NCBI GenBank assembly: GCA_904063045.1
Contig: CAJFCJ010000015.1
Location: 186,001 to 250,000 of the forward strand
Length of the DNA stretch: 64,000 nucleotides
Direction of reading: 5' to 3'
Source: Dimorphilus gyrociliatus
Taxonomy: Eukaryota > Animalia > Annelida
The stretch's first letter is position 1. Each line of letters opens with the position of its first letter. Shown one piece after another: positions 37,750-50,798 of this stretch. Both the position numbers and the translations under genes were made by a program. Under the pieces are notes generated by a model. The model was not told where the DNA came from and ran no database searches. It worked only from the letters and a program-made list of their open reading frames with translations.

Positions 37750-40700
37750 ATGGAATTTGACATAGTAAATTCCGTGGAGGATGCATATAATCCGAATAAT
37801 AATTTATACATACGTGTGCTGCACAAGCGAATCGAACAAGCTAACTTGCCTGTTGACAGTCAAAGATTTAGGAAAACCGCCGAAGAAGATATCGAAGGCT
37901 TCTTGAATTCGATTCATGTGCCTTTTTTTGTGTTGAAAAACTGGAAAGAGACAATTAATGTCAATGTCGTTAAAAACTGTTTCAAAGGACTAGTCTCTTT
38001 TCTCAATTTGTTTAGCAACGAACTGAAAGAACATAGTAGAAACGGGTCAAGACTAGGTGATAACGAAGAACAATTAAAACTCCAGAGAAGTGCCTTTAAA
38101 ATGGCTGTTTACTTACTTTGTGAATTTGGTGTAAGGTTAGAGAAAATGAGTATGAAAGCTGAAAAAGAGGCAACAGCAATGCAAACGGGACGAAAGAAAA
38201 GAAAACAGTCATTAGGTATTATATTTATCGTGATATTGTATTGTTAAGAATTTCAAAATTCTTTAGCGCGCTTTCTGACAATGTCATTTCGCTTATACTT
38301 TTCAGCAGACACAGACCCCTTAGCTGGTCACTGGAAGGTGGAAAAAAAAGAAAGTATTGTAGCAGTCCTAAGGCTTTTCAAACAAGATGTGGACTCTCTT
38401 TGGAATCCTCCAGGAGCTTCGAGAGACGTACTGAATTGTGTTCTCACTTATGCGTATCTTCTATTAGACAGTCCAATGATTTTGTATGATAATTTACTGT
38501 TGGAACAAATATTAACCATATTAGCCATTTTCATCAAAAGGTATAGCCATGAACATGCCTTCTGTCAGCAAATCTTAAACAAAATGCTTAATGTCGGTAT
38601 GGAGGAGAACGATATTAAATCACTTGGAAGGGGTGTGGCAGGAATAATTGAAAAGAATAGATTTAAACCCCTACTAAAATCATTCCTTCTTCAGTTTGCA
38701 TCTCCTGAAAATGATAATGATAGATCTGCAAAAGGGCTGGCTTTTCTTCTGTCTGCTTTTGGAGAAAAACTATTCTATTATATGCCTGAACTATCTGACG
38801 AATTATTCAACATTTTAGAAATAGATAACCATTTGTTAAGGTCAGCAGCCCTATCTGTTATTGGAGATACTTTAATTGGAGTTTTTAATCATGAGAATCG
38901 TCGAAAACTTGAATTGGGCAACGTTGCTGAAGAAGAAAGTAAAATATTGGATTTTTTCTTGAAGCAGCCTGATCCGTTAAAAGTCTATCTTGATAATCAA
39001 GACGACTTCTCTACTGCTCTTTTCGAACATATCCATGACTTACACAGTGCTGTAAGAGCAAGGGTTTTAGGCATTTGGGAAGTGATCTACGAAAAAAATA
39101 GCGTCAGTGTCGACTTTATAGTGAAACTCGTCGAACGAGTAGCTCTCAGATTATATGATAAAGCAGCATATGTCAGAAAGTCTGCCTTTAATTTTCTTTG
39201 CAGTGTTATTAGGGATCATCCATTTTCTGATGATATTCTAAAGCGTCCTCAAAGCGAGATTTTACAAGAATCTGAGCAGAAGAGAATAGAAGTGGAAGAG
39301 AAACTTAAAAGTTTTCAGGAAAATGAAAGTGAAGCTGAAGTGGACAATGATGTGGCTCAAAAGAAAAAAAATTTGAATGAGGCTTTGCATTTTATTGATT
39401 CTGAAATTAAATTTGTTAAGGCTATAACTCAAGTCTTCCCAAAGGCCCTTTCACAGCTGAAAGCGAAACAGTCAACGGATCGAAGTGTTGCTATCAAATT
39501 TTTTGCTCTGTGTAATTCTCTAGGTGTAATTGAAGCAGAGAACGGAGTTAAAGAAATTTTACCTTTGATTTGGAGTGAGGAAGAAACGGTTAGGAAGGTG
39601 GTTATCGATGCGTTCAAAGGTCTTTTTTGGGGAGAAGACGATTGTCCTGATAATCGAAAACAATCTATTGACTTTGTTGCTAAAGTTAGTAAATTAGTAG
39701 AAAATGCGTCTTACGAAGAATTTGATGCTATATCTGATATTATCGGTAAGATGAATATAGAAAGTAAACTTCTATGTTTTTGCTTTAACTTATTCACTTT
39801 CAGGCTGTGTAAATCTATCACCTGCCATTATGAATTCTATAAGACAAATTTTGTGGGAAAGATTTACAAGAAAACTACAACCAACTAGTGAAGAGGAAAG
39901 CAGATGCGCTTTGCAATTGTTAACGATGATTGCTAAATGTGAAAGAGCAATATTTACAGATAACAACGTAGATGTTCTAATTACAGAAGGTTAGTTACAT
40001 TATAATCTTCATATTTTTTTTATTAACATTATTAACATTTTTTCAGGAATAGAAAAACGTGGAAGAGGAGACTTTACATTAGCTAAGCTAACGTTTGATT
40101 GTCTTCTCCAAATGATTCCTCCTGGGGTTGAGGGTCGGTCTAAGAAAGATCAAGCAATCACATCTAAGAATAAAGGAAAGATATCCAAAGCAAAATTATC
40201 TCAGGAAAAGCGCAGATACAGTAATGAGGATCCATTAATAAGGAGCATATGCAATTTAATAGTAGATGGATTTACCGATAAAAGCCAAAAAAAGTTCTCT
40301 TACATTTATATGGTTGAATCGGCGTTGAAATTCTTGATGGAATTTGCTGACAATTGCATTATAATATACGACACAATACTTCAACAGCTTATGGAGCTAT
40401 TAAAAAAGAACATATCAACTGAAGCCGCACCTGGGTCTGAACAAGAAATGGAGCTAGACGATTTGTTAAGCGACGATAATGAAAGGTGTTCTTTCCTGCC
40501 AGTGTATTTGGTCACGAGGTTTATTTTTATTATTGGTCACATGGGTCTTCAATGTTATGTTTATTTGAAAACTGATGTTCTTGTAGAACTTCAAAACCGT
40601 AAGAAAAATAAGAAATTGTCAATTAGTCCAAATTTTACTCCTCAAGTTAATGCGGGAGGTCTTTCTTTTCTCGACTCTATGAATGATAGTCAGAATTTAG

Positions 40701-41791
40701 AAACTGAAGACGAAACTGAACGTATTGATAGGGTTTGCGATGAGGAGCTGGTTACTAGCAACCTGCTGGGAAAATTCAGCCAGTTTATTATCGATATCTG
40801 CAGGGATTCTTTACGGAGAGATGTCAAAAGCAAAGATTTACAAGTAGCTGCTGCTGGCGCACTTTGTAAATATATGATAGTATCAAAGAGATATTGCGAA
40901 GATAATTTACAGTTGGTTTTCTCGTTAATTAGAAATTCGCCTCTGGCTGATGTTAGATTAATATGCATTGTATCTGTTGGAGATATGATGTTTAATCACA
41001 TCTCAGAAGTGAATGAATGGAATGCTAAGCTATATGATCAATTGAGTGACAAAGATCCACGCATAAGAAAGGCTACTTTAGCCGTATTATGCCGTTGCTT
41101 CGAGTATGGTATCATAAAAATAAAAGGCAACCATTTGGGACAGGTCGCGCTTTGTTTGGTTGATAAGGAGAGAAGAATAGTTGACGAAGCAAGAAATTTG
41201 TTTAAAATCTATGCGAAACGACAAGAGATTATTTATAATGCTATTCAGAACGTTGTCACTTACCTTGTCAGTTCTACTAGTGAATCCCGATGCGATGAGG
41301 ACGATTTCAAGAAGATAATCGACTACTTAATACAATTTCTGACTAAAGTTAGCGAACACGAGAGTTTTGGTGAGAAGTTATGCGCTAAAATGAAAACGGC
41401 TGTAGACGAAAGGCAATGGCGTCAACTGGCCTATTGCTTCACTAAAATAATGCCTACCCCTAAAGTTGTCAATACGCTAAATAGAAAAATTGCTGACATT
41501 GCCGACAAACTTTCCGAGCCATTTGTTCGTGAGTCACTTAGAAGTTTGATTTCAACTGCCAAAAAGATGAACAAGGGCAACGAACCTGAAATAGCTGAAT
41601 TAGAAGATAAAATTCGTCGCGTATTAACTGGAGAGACGTTTAATGCAGACCTAGAAGATGAATCTCCGATGAAACCTAGGAAAACTCCTGACAAACGACT
41701 AGTTGGTAGAGGCCGAGGAAAGGGAAGAAAACCTCTTGCGAAAAAATCTCAATCTAACTGGGCTTATGAGATGAGTAGTGAGAGTGATTAG
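37750..41791 (+). CDS. NCAPD2: Condensin I HEAT subunit CAP-D2 (Cnd1/Ycs4), divergent, 1278 aa, 4 exons (37750-38215, 38306-39745, 39804-39989, 40047-41791)
   Basis: SAFKMAVYLL, IHDLHSAVRARVL, RLYDKAAYVRKSA, AAAGALCKYMIVS..YCEDNLQL, VRLICIVSVGDM, LYDQLSDKDPRIRK and IKIKG (KG loop). All exon phases are consistent. Confidence 0.85.
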
Positions 41792-42936
41792 TTGTTAACA
41801 ATCGGTTTTGTACATAGACTTTATAAAAAAAACATGTGTATATTTTTTATATCTCATGAGTTGAAAAATACATTATATATTACAAACTTGTTTCTTAAAA
41901 GATTTCTTTATTAATATCTTATGAATATTAGAAGCGAGACTTTTACGTATCTGATTAAGCTAAGAATACATATTGGCTATTTTTCATAAATTATAGTCTG
42001 TTGACTTTTTGAAGAATAATGGAAAAAGAGACGCCATCTCTCCTAGAATCCATCACTGTAAACAAAGTCGTCGTTGTTTGTATATACTGTACATTTAATA
42101 ATTTGAGCACGATATAAGGCTTTAGACTTTTCCTATCGTTTTTGCTATTTAGACTCTGATAAATGTCAATGATTGAAGGGAGTTTTTGTTAATATGCTTA
42201 ACATAATGAATAGGATATTTATCTTTGTTCTAATATTTCTAATATATCCCAGCCGGTTTTGCCAGTTTGCCAGTAAATTAAAAAATTGTACCCTTAATAC
42301 TTGGATGTTGGCAAAAAAAAGGATTTTTTCAAATTTTTCCAAACGTCAACCCATCACAAATAAAACGCATTCGTCATTCGTCTTGCTTATGCGCTTCCCA
42401 AGAGACCAATTGACTTAACCTCATTAAAGTTTCTAATAGATATTTTTCATTTAATCTTGTTAATTCTTTAAAAACAAAATGGATGCTACTAAGAGTAATA
42501 AATGAATGATAATGTTCACTGTTGTTGAACTAAAATTGAAAAGATATTGTATGAAATATTTATGATACTAATAAATAAATAACGTTAATATCTTTCGTTT
42601 TTTTATTAAATATTTCTTCAATAGTTTCTTTAAAGGAATAAATAAATAAACTTTTACTAATTAAATAAATTTCATTGTTTTGAACAAGAAACAATTTATT
42701 AAAAAATATTATTCATTTTGCAGGAAATTCTCAGCCTCAATTCATCATTTTCATTTTTTATATATAGATTAAAACACAACAATCTCTAAATTTCAATTAT
42801 GAAAGAAGTTTTTTGCATAGCCTAAATTTCGGATTCTTCCAATAATATACCTAATTTCCTATCGGTTCTGGAAAAGAAGAAGAGAGTGAATAAAAATATC
42901 TATACTTGATAAACTAATAGCAAAAGGTAATGCTAC

Positions 42937-44812
42937 TTACGATGACAGTTTTATACTTTTCATAATACGAAATGCTAGATTAGCAAGTTTGTGCTTGTGA
43001 AGGCACGATATAAAAGATTCTATTTGGTGACATCGCCTAAGTAGGATTTGAAGAAGAACATCAGCCTTCTCTTTCGGTTTTTGCTTTAGCTAGATAAAAA
43101 CAAAATGGAATAAAAAGATCAGAGAGAGGACTCTATAAACTATTGTGAAATAATTACCTGAATCTCTTCTTTATGATATACGTTTAAGACATGTAAGAGA
43201 ATCAAATCCTGAATTAATTCTTGACTAGGATTAAGTAAACAAGTAATCTCGTAAAAAACTTTACGTAGTCCGGATCTTTTCTCGTATAAATTCTGAATAT
43301 AACTTTCAGTTCTGAATTGGATAGTGAAAAGTGCAAACATAGAAGGGAACATAAAGAGAATGTACGGATTACAAATGAAATATTCAATGCATACTCGACA
43401 CTTTCTTCTTTACTTTCACAATGATTATTCAGCAGAATAGTTGAAATATGATGTTGATAATCGACGTTAAAACAATCAATAAATCCACTCAAATCACTAC
43501 TTTCTTTTTTCATTATTTTATACAATTCAATTGCTCGATAGAAAAGCTAATTGGAATGAATAAATTATGTAAATATATTAATAGGCCTATAATTGTATAT
43601 ATCGAATGAAATAGAGTGTAATATAGGTTAATATAGCAAAGTTTCTATTCTTACTTACCCCTCTAGTAAGTATATATTCAACATCTTCTCTAGATACGAG
43701 TCCTTTATGTAAAATGTTATTTAAAAGGAATCTATTAACGTCCAGATGGTAGAATAGATTTTTTGAGTTTTTTATTATAGTTCTCTTATTCTTAATAACA
43801 AGTAATTCATAATTTTCCGGAAGATAGAAATTTGTCGCTGAACTGGAAACAGAAAAATTGATTTACTATATTTGATATTTTATAGTTAATAAGCCCTACT
43901 TGAAAGTATCGTTCTGAACCTGAGATAAAGACTGGGCAAATGATTCATTTTCCACTTTTATACATCTAATAAATTCTTCCAGCTTATGGCATCGTCGTAG
44001 TAGAATTGCATAAAGGCTGTCAACTTTGGATTTGTATAATTGATTGTCTTGAATCTGGGTTAAATTAATGAAGAATTAATGTCTAAAATTATTAATTTTA
44101 TTCTAATAAGAACTTTTATAGTTTTGTAATGATCCCTGTTAATAACGTTAGCTATCATTAAACAGTTGAGAAACTTTTCAGTCACCTTGACCTGTGAAAG
44201 AAAAGCAGTTTGCGTCTTCTGTAGAGCGTTACGATTGTGTTCTACATAGGTGAAATCTTCGTGATTAACTCTAAAAGGGAAAATAAAAGAAAAAAGACGC
44301 AGATAAGAAATAAACAATGCAATTAAAATATAAATAAACACCTTCTTGTTCTTGGTGTAGATATAGAGATGATATATTGTACAATATGTCCTTGTTCATC
44401 GTCTTTCAAACAGTGCATAAATTCGTTCAATCGTTCAGGGACAGTGAGAATAATTTGAACAAGACTATTAGCTCGATCGAACAACGACTAAAATATGAAA
44501 TAAAGAACGTCTAGATATATTGATTATCGTCTTACAATACAATTAGTAAAGTGTTTTTACTATATGTACAATATATAATAGATATAAAGTATTCATTGAA
44601 CTATAAATACAAACTTTTTCCTTATTGATTAGATAACGGGCTTGCACACTATTCAATACTGATTCGGATACTAGACTATTAACAAGTTTTCCATTTACGT
44701 CCAAATACTTTGACATGAATAAAGCAGCCCTTTGTAGAGCTTCCTTACGGATACTCTTCTCAAATTCAGACACATCACTCTCACAAGTCTTTCGCCTAAT
44801 TAATCCAAGCAT
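42937..44812 (-). CDS. Protein with four tandem CARD-like death-fold domains, at least 432 aa, 8 exons (44812-44615, 44487-44342, 44270-44114, 44054-43900, 43842-43659, 43546-43395, 43311-43158, 43089-42937); the 5' end may extend further
   Basis: Hand-spliced open frame containing four ~85-aa repeats with the CARD helix pattern, e.g. LIQDLILLHVLNVYHKEEIQ|LKQKPKEKADVLLQILLRRCHQIESFISCL. Intron phases alternate 0,2,0,2,0,2,0. Confidence 0.8.
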
Positions 44813-46609
44813 ATTCGAATTAAAACATTGATTTTTTATCTTGTTTTTTTTTTATTAAAACAAAAAGAAACGAAAATAGAAAAAATGACAAAAATCTACA
44901 AACTAGGCTGAAAAGTAAGAAAAAAGATATATTTTATCTAAAGAATAAAGAGGAAATATTCCCTATATTTTTTAAAATTATTTAAAAAAACAAACAAACA
45001 AACAAAGGGAAAAAAAATCAAAAAACTATTCAAGTATTGTTTGTTGTCATTGTTGTTTTTGCTCTCTTTGTTCTTTATATGTACAGTATAAAAATTAACG
45101 TACTTGAATATTATCTTTCTACTATAAAAGGATTGTAAAAATTCCAAAATCTTATCGGTTTTTTGTGTGTGCTAATTCAATGAATGAATATGCATATACT
45201 GTATTATATATATATATATAGTATAGTTATGCAAATAATAAATATCAATCATCAATCGTTTTCTTTTACTATTTAACAAAATGCAGGTTTTTATTTTCTT
45301 ATCCTATATACTTCTGCAATATAGGCCTTAAATAACACTTATGTAGTTTTTTTTTCTTTCTATTATTATCAAGCTTTTTGATAAATAATAATAAATTATG
45401 CACTTAAACTATTATTGTTTTTATCTTTAATAGAACGACGCACGATTAAAATATTTCTCCTTTCTTTCTTTCTCTCATTTTTTTTTTAAAAAAAAAGTTA
45501 AGAAGAAATTTAGCATATTTTTTTCTTTTTGAAACTATTCAACAAAATTTTAGTGTTGAAAACGATTTTTTTTCTATATAGGCCTACCGAGTACTTTTCC
45601 ATTACTTCATCTATCTATCTATCTGTACCTCTTCGTTTTGGCTACATACTGAAGATTTAGAGGTGAAGGTCGTCTTATACAGTTTTCAAAATACACTTAA
45701 AAAATGCCCATTTTCAATCACTAAGTAATGGTTATGCATATAGAAAAACAATTAATTAGTAGATATAAACTTAAATTATATAATTATGTATATTAATTAA
45801 TATACAAACTTTTGAGCAGTTCCACATTTATTAAAGCAATTCCATGAGCAAACACAACCAAAAGGCATATCAAAACTAAGAAAAATAGCACTAAATATCC
45901 AATTTTTTCTTTACGAGCATCGACGATATAATCATATTTAATTAATCAACGTCTATATTCGGTTGAACCCAAAATATCACAAACTACTAGAAGAAAATTT
46001 AGTAGAAGTTGATCAGCTTGGTTTTGTTCTAAATATGCTGCATGTTTTGTAGAGTATCGATCGATTGGCCCTGTTGGACGGTGTCGAAGTACAATAGGCA
46101 CTAAAAGTGTAATCTCTGCCTAGCTTCACTTGTCCTTAAAATCAATTGTATTATTAAACTTTTGTTTTATATTATTTTATTAAAAATATTTGTAGAGTAG
46201 TATATATTTTCTCTTTATTCTCCTCTCTACCTCTCTCTCTCTCTCTCTCTCTCTTCCTGTATCTTTGATACATACAAAAGAGGTATTTAAAAAAAAAACA
46301 ATAAATAATTTTCTCTTCTCTTTTTATTATTATTTTCTTATATTTCTATGCAAAAAATAAACATCTTTTTTATGACTTTTTTCACTCTTCTTTCTTTTTT
46401 ATCTTCTAACTTTTAAATAAATAAACTAAAATGTTTCTTCTCTCTTTTCTTCCTTTCTTCTTCTCTTCCTCTTCCTCCTCCTCCTCCTTTATACACTTCT
46501 CTCTCACTTCCTTTAAGCTCTTTAAGCATCTCTGAAATTGTTAAAAATAGAAAAAACTAAATATTCATAAACTTTATCAGATGTTTCTTAATTTTTTATT
46601 GATTCCTAC

Positions 46610-49600
46610 TTACGATACTTCTAGATGACCATCTTGTACCAATTGTTGGACTTTTTCCCAATCTGGAATTCTTGATGGCGGCCTATGATCATCCTTACCA
46701 CCCCAAGTATGACTTTTCTTTAATATAGCAGGTCTTCTTCTTACGTTATCGTTTATATCCCTATGACTTTTACCTAGTATTGGCGAATTTACACCATCCG
46801 TCTTTGATCTACAGTCCATATGTGGGAAGAGATCGTTACTCGAGTAATCTCTCATACAATAAGTTAATTCGTCGTTTTTATCCTTTTTACCATCCCACAT
46901 TTCTCTGTACGTTTGTTTGGTCCTTTGTATCTCTTCGAACCAAGGATCTTGGGTTTGGAAAACGTATATAGCTGTTATAATGTTCATCTCATTTTTATAA
47001 GCTATCACAAATTCGTTATTTTCGTTCTGTTGAATGTGTATAGCGTCTAATCTCATAGGAGGTTTGTATATTTTCAAATTGACTCTATCCTCAAACTTTC
47101 TTCCTTTTCTACATATGATTATAAAGTCAGTAAAAAGGCAAAGGATCACGTCGTGATGCCTGCTGGACTCTTTCATACGCACGACACCTTCGCGTATGAA
47201 TCTTCTTAGCCAATCTTCAGGGCAACCGGCCATAGAGGACGTAAAAGAAATCTTAAGGCTTTTCTTTAAATTTTCACTTAAATTTGGTATTTGATCAATA
47301 AAGTCGTAGCCGTCTATTCTGTTTTCGAACTCGCTAAGAATCTCTAATCTCTCTCTCATTCGAAGTTCCTCTTCAACTCCCTTTAAAAAGTTTTTAATTC
47401 TTTCTAGACATGCTTTGAGACTCTCGCTTTCTTTAGTAGACTTGAGAAGACGTTCTAAAAAGAGGGTATGCCTCGTTAAGTGATGCATAGGAGCAGTTAG
47501 GTAGGAAGATAGTTCGTGCTTCCCAAGACCCCAAAGAATTTCGTTAACCCAAGTATAGAACTTGCTAAAATCCGAATTATTCCTTATGGCATTTTTAATA
47601 TAATCTTTTAACTTATCAACAGTCATATGATAAACATGTTCCTCTTGAAATAAATCACTTATTTCATCTCCCAAAGCACTCATCTTTTTAATATTATACA
47701 AGTTTTTAAAATTGTCTACCTGCATTAAATTTCCCTCTTTAATACTCTCGATAAAAGGCAATATTACGTTGTTCCACCTACTACAACATTGAAAGTACAT
47801 TTCTTTGAGGTTCGATACAATTAATTTCATATCCAAATCGGTAAAGAAACCTCTTTGAATTAGATCATAAAAAGGTGAAACGTAGACATCAACAAGCATC
47901 TTTAATTTCTTTAGATAAGACGACTCAAAATGTATAGTTTCCCATATTATATTTTGCTTCTTTTTCTCATTATCGCTTAATTTCTTATGATCAATATAAA
48001 CTGTCCAAGATTCGGGTAGTTCCAAACTATTTAATTCGCATTCCGTAGCACTAACGTACAAGTGAGATGGTAAAGGCGGCAAATGTGCTCTATACGATTC
48101 AAGAATATCTTGAATTTGACAATTATCCTCTAGATTGACTGTTAAAAGGAATAAATAAAAAAACGAATGATTGTTATTAATTAATAATTAATATCTCATT
48201 TACTCAATTAGTATATAAAATTAATGCAAATAATGTATTTATATGGAGGACGGATAAGAGGAAAAGAGGAGGGGAATAAATAGGACACAGATAAGATAAG
48301 GGAATAGGGTATCAAATTGAAGAGTTATATAATATAAAAGTATAAATAAGAGGTATTAAAGAATTTCTTTATATAAAAGTCCATCTCTTCATAATTTGCT
48401 AGTATATACGAATATTAATCATCTCTTTATTGGGTTTACACTTACTCTTGCCATCTTTCAAAGCCTTTTGAAATCCTTTGCAAATAGAAGTGAAGATAGA
48501 AAAGGGGGAAAAACGGAGAAGAAAAGACAATTATTAATCATTTAATAGATAATAAATAAGTAGATAAAAAAAAAACAAAATAGAAAAACATAAAGAATTT
48601 AACTTTAAAAGAATGCAAATAATTATACCTTTTTTGTGTTTGAATGGTAATTTTATGGTTTAGATTGGTGTAGTTTTGTTTTTTAAAAAAAAAAATAATA
48701 AAAAAACTAGACTTACCAGTTGCAATAACAGTAAGATTTGCTAGATGGCGAACCGGACTATCTAGACTTAGAGGACTGTTAGAGTTTTCAATACGAACTT
48801 CAACTTTTGAAAAGTCAATACTAGCAATTCCCGGTTTCTTTGATACTTCGAACAAAGCATCTCGAAGAGTTTTTTTTGGTTTTATATCTATCAAGAAGAA
48901 TCGCGGCTCTTCGTAAAAGTCAATCCTTATTGTAAAAGTTCCCTGTAATGGAAAAAGCTGTTAACCCTCTTTTCTTTTGTGTACCTTCTAAGCATTACGT
49001 AATCAGTATTGAATATGTACATGCATATATCAATAGAGTAATAGATGGATGGCTAGATAGATAGATAGATAGACAGATAAATAGATAAATAGATAAAAGG
49101 AAGAGTAAGGATAAAACAAGAATTTTTCCTTATCTTCTAAACCCATTTTGATAATCAAATAAAAAGATAAAAGGAATAACCTTACAATAAAATCAGAGTT
49201 ATCTAAAAAAATATTATTTCTCTCCACTTTAAATAAAGACATTTCAATAAAAATCCCATTTCTGTCATTAATGAAAATAAATATACTGTAACATTGTAAA
49301 AAAAAAATAAATATTGAGTGATAGGCCTACTATTGAAGGCTTTTGTGACTCCATTCTGTTTAATGTGTATTTATGTGTGCTGTGTGCGGGTGTGTATATA
49401 CTAATATAAAAGTGTATATATATATTATTAGTATACATGAATGTATTTACGTTTATGTAAACGTATAAAGACCCAAATATATATAGTGAAGGGGCAGATA
49501 CGTATAAAGAACTGGGAAGAATAAAGGGGAGGGGGTAGTAGTAATAGTAATGTTATTATTCATGATAGATTGTTATTATTATTAATTGCAAAAATGATTT

Positions 49601-50202
49601 AGCCCCTAAAATGTCACAAAAGCTTCCTTTGAAATAAAGTTTAGCAATCGTTAGATGACTAAGCAGCTTATTTTAGTATTTAAAAAGGAAATTAAAACTA
49701 TCCGAATCGATTAAAAATGAAATGGTAAAAAGTATAACCTTTAGTTGGTCAAGATTCGAAGACCATTTTCTAACTTTATGCCTAATCGGTTTGAAAATTA
49801 GACCGAAATCGACGCTGTCAAGACCATCAGCCACCACAATCTAAGCAAAACATTCAAGAAGACATTCAAAACATGCAACGTAAGCAAAAAAAATAGATAA
49901 ATACATAAGTAGAACTGTTTCTTTCCTCTTTTTTTATATATATCTTTATATAATTTACTCACGTTTCTACCATCTTCTGGTGAAAGATAATTCCTCGTTA
50001 CACAATCGGAATGCGAACGATTGACATTAGTCAATTTCAAGTGATAATGCTGTTTCTTATCTTCGTTATTATGATGTCTCGAGAAGCAAGAAGAGCAAAA
50101 ATAGGGTGAATTTCCACATTCAATATTTCGGCAGATAGTAATAGCCTTTTGGCTGCAATGACTGCAGGTTTTCATTTCTGTTGTTGCTAATAAATGCGAC
50201 AT
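46610..50202 (-). CDS. PLEKHG5: PLEKHG5/6/7-like RhoGEF: N-terminal Cys/His Zn-finger-like exon, Ras-binding-like domain, DH-PH; exact C-terminal exon uncertain
   Basis: Exon ending at 50202 (ATG) encodes CSHC..C..C..C..C..HH..H. The next exon has KTLRDAL...PLSLDSP. The large exon has LELPESW...QNIIWE..H.ESSY, RIDGYD, EG..RMKE, LCLFTDF and YKPPMRLD, all matching the PLEKHG5 family. Confidence 0.8.
49055..49092. repeat. (ATAG)n-rich tetranucleotide repeat
   Basis: Direct read; it generates the spurious track ORF 49030-49242. Confidence 0.7.
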
Positions 50203-50708
50203 TGTTTTTTTTTTTTGTTTGTTTTTTGGGTTTTTTAATGGTTTTTTATTATCCAACCTAATAAAAAAAACAAATAAAAAGATATATTAATGTTATATCC
50301 TACCGATATTAAGAGGAATTGGAAAGTAAAAAGTCATGTTTTCTCGTTCGTTGTGTTCTCTTCCAGAAAATATACAGTATAAGTATTTATATCTTAACTG
50401 CTTGCATTCAGATCCTTTAATGCATAGCCAGTATATTTATATATTATTTTTTTCTCGAAACTATATAGTACCATAGATAAACTTCATGTATATTTATGTG
50501 TATGTGTAAGTTATTCACTATTTTTAGAGGTAATCAACAAGATTGGCCTCCGAATAATTCACGCCTATCATTACATGCAGTATTGGTGAATCACGTGATT
50601 GATTACACATTAAATTATACAAAAAGAACTTACCAATTTTAAGTAAATTGTAGCCTTTAGGAAAGAAATCTCTATCCTATGCTTCCTTTACCCTTTTCTC
50701 TCTTTCTT

Positions 50709-50723
50709 GCTCTCTCTCTCACA

Positions 50724-50774
<51 letters not shown>

Positions 50775-50798
50775 CGCTCGCTCTCTCTCTCTCTCTCT
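50709..50798. repeat. (CT)n/(GA)n microsatellite with a (CGCT)3 interruption, near the putative 5' end of the PLEKHG5-like gene
   Basis: Direct read. A minus-strand GTAAGT donor near 50632 suggests a non-coding first exon nearby. Confidence 0.9.

Noticed and set aside
42194-42418. Short plus-strand ORF with a signal-like start (MLNIMNRIFIFVLIFLIYP)
   Set aside because: Hydrophobic I/F/L runs arise easily in AT-rich DNA; no homology or promoter evidence. Ribosome profiling would be needed to revive it.
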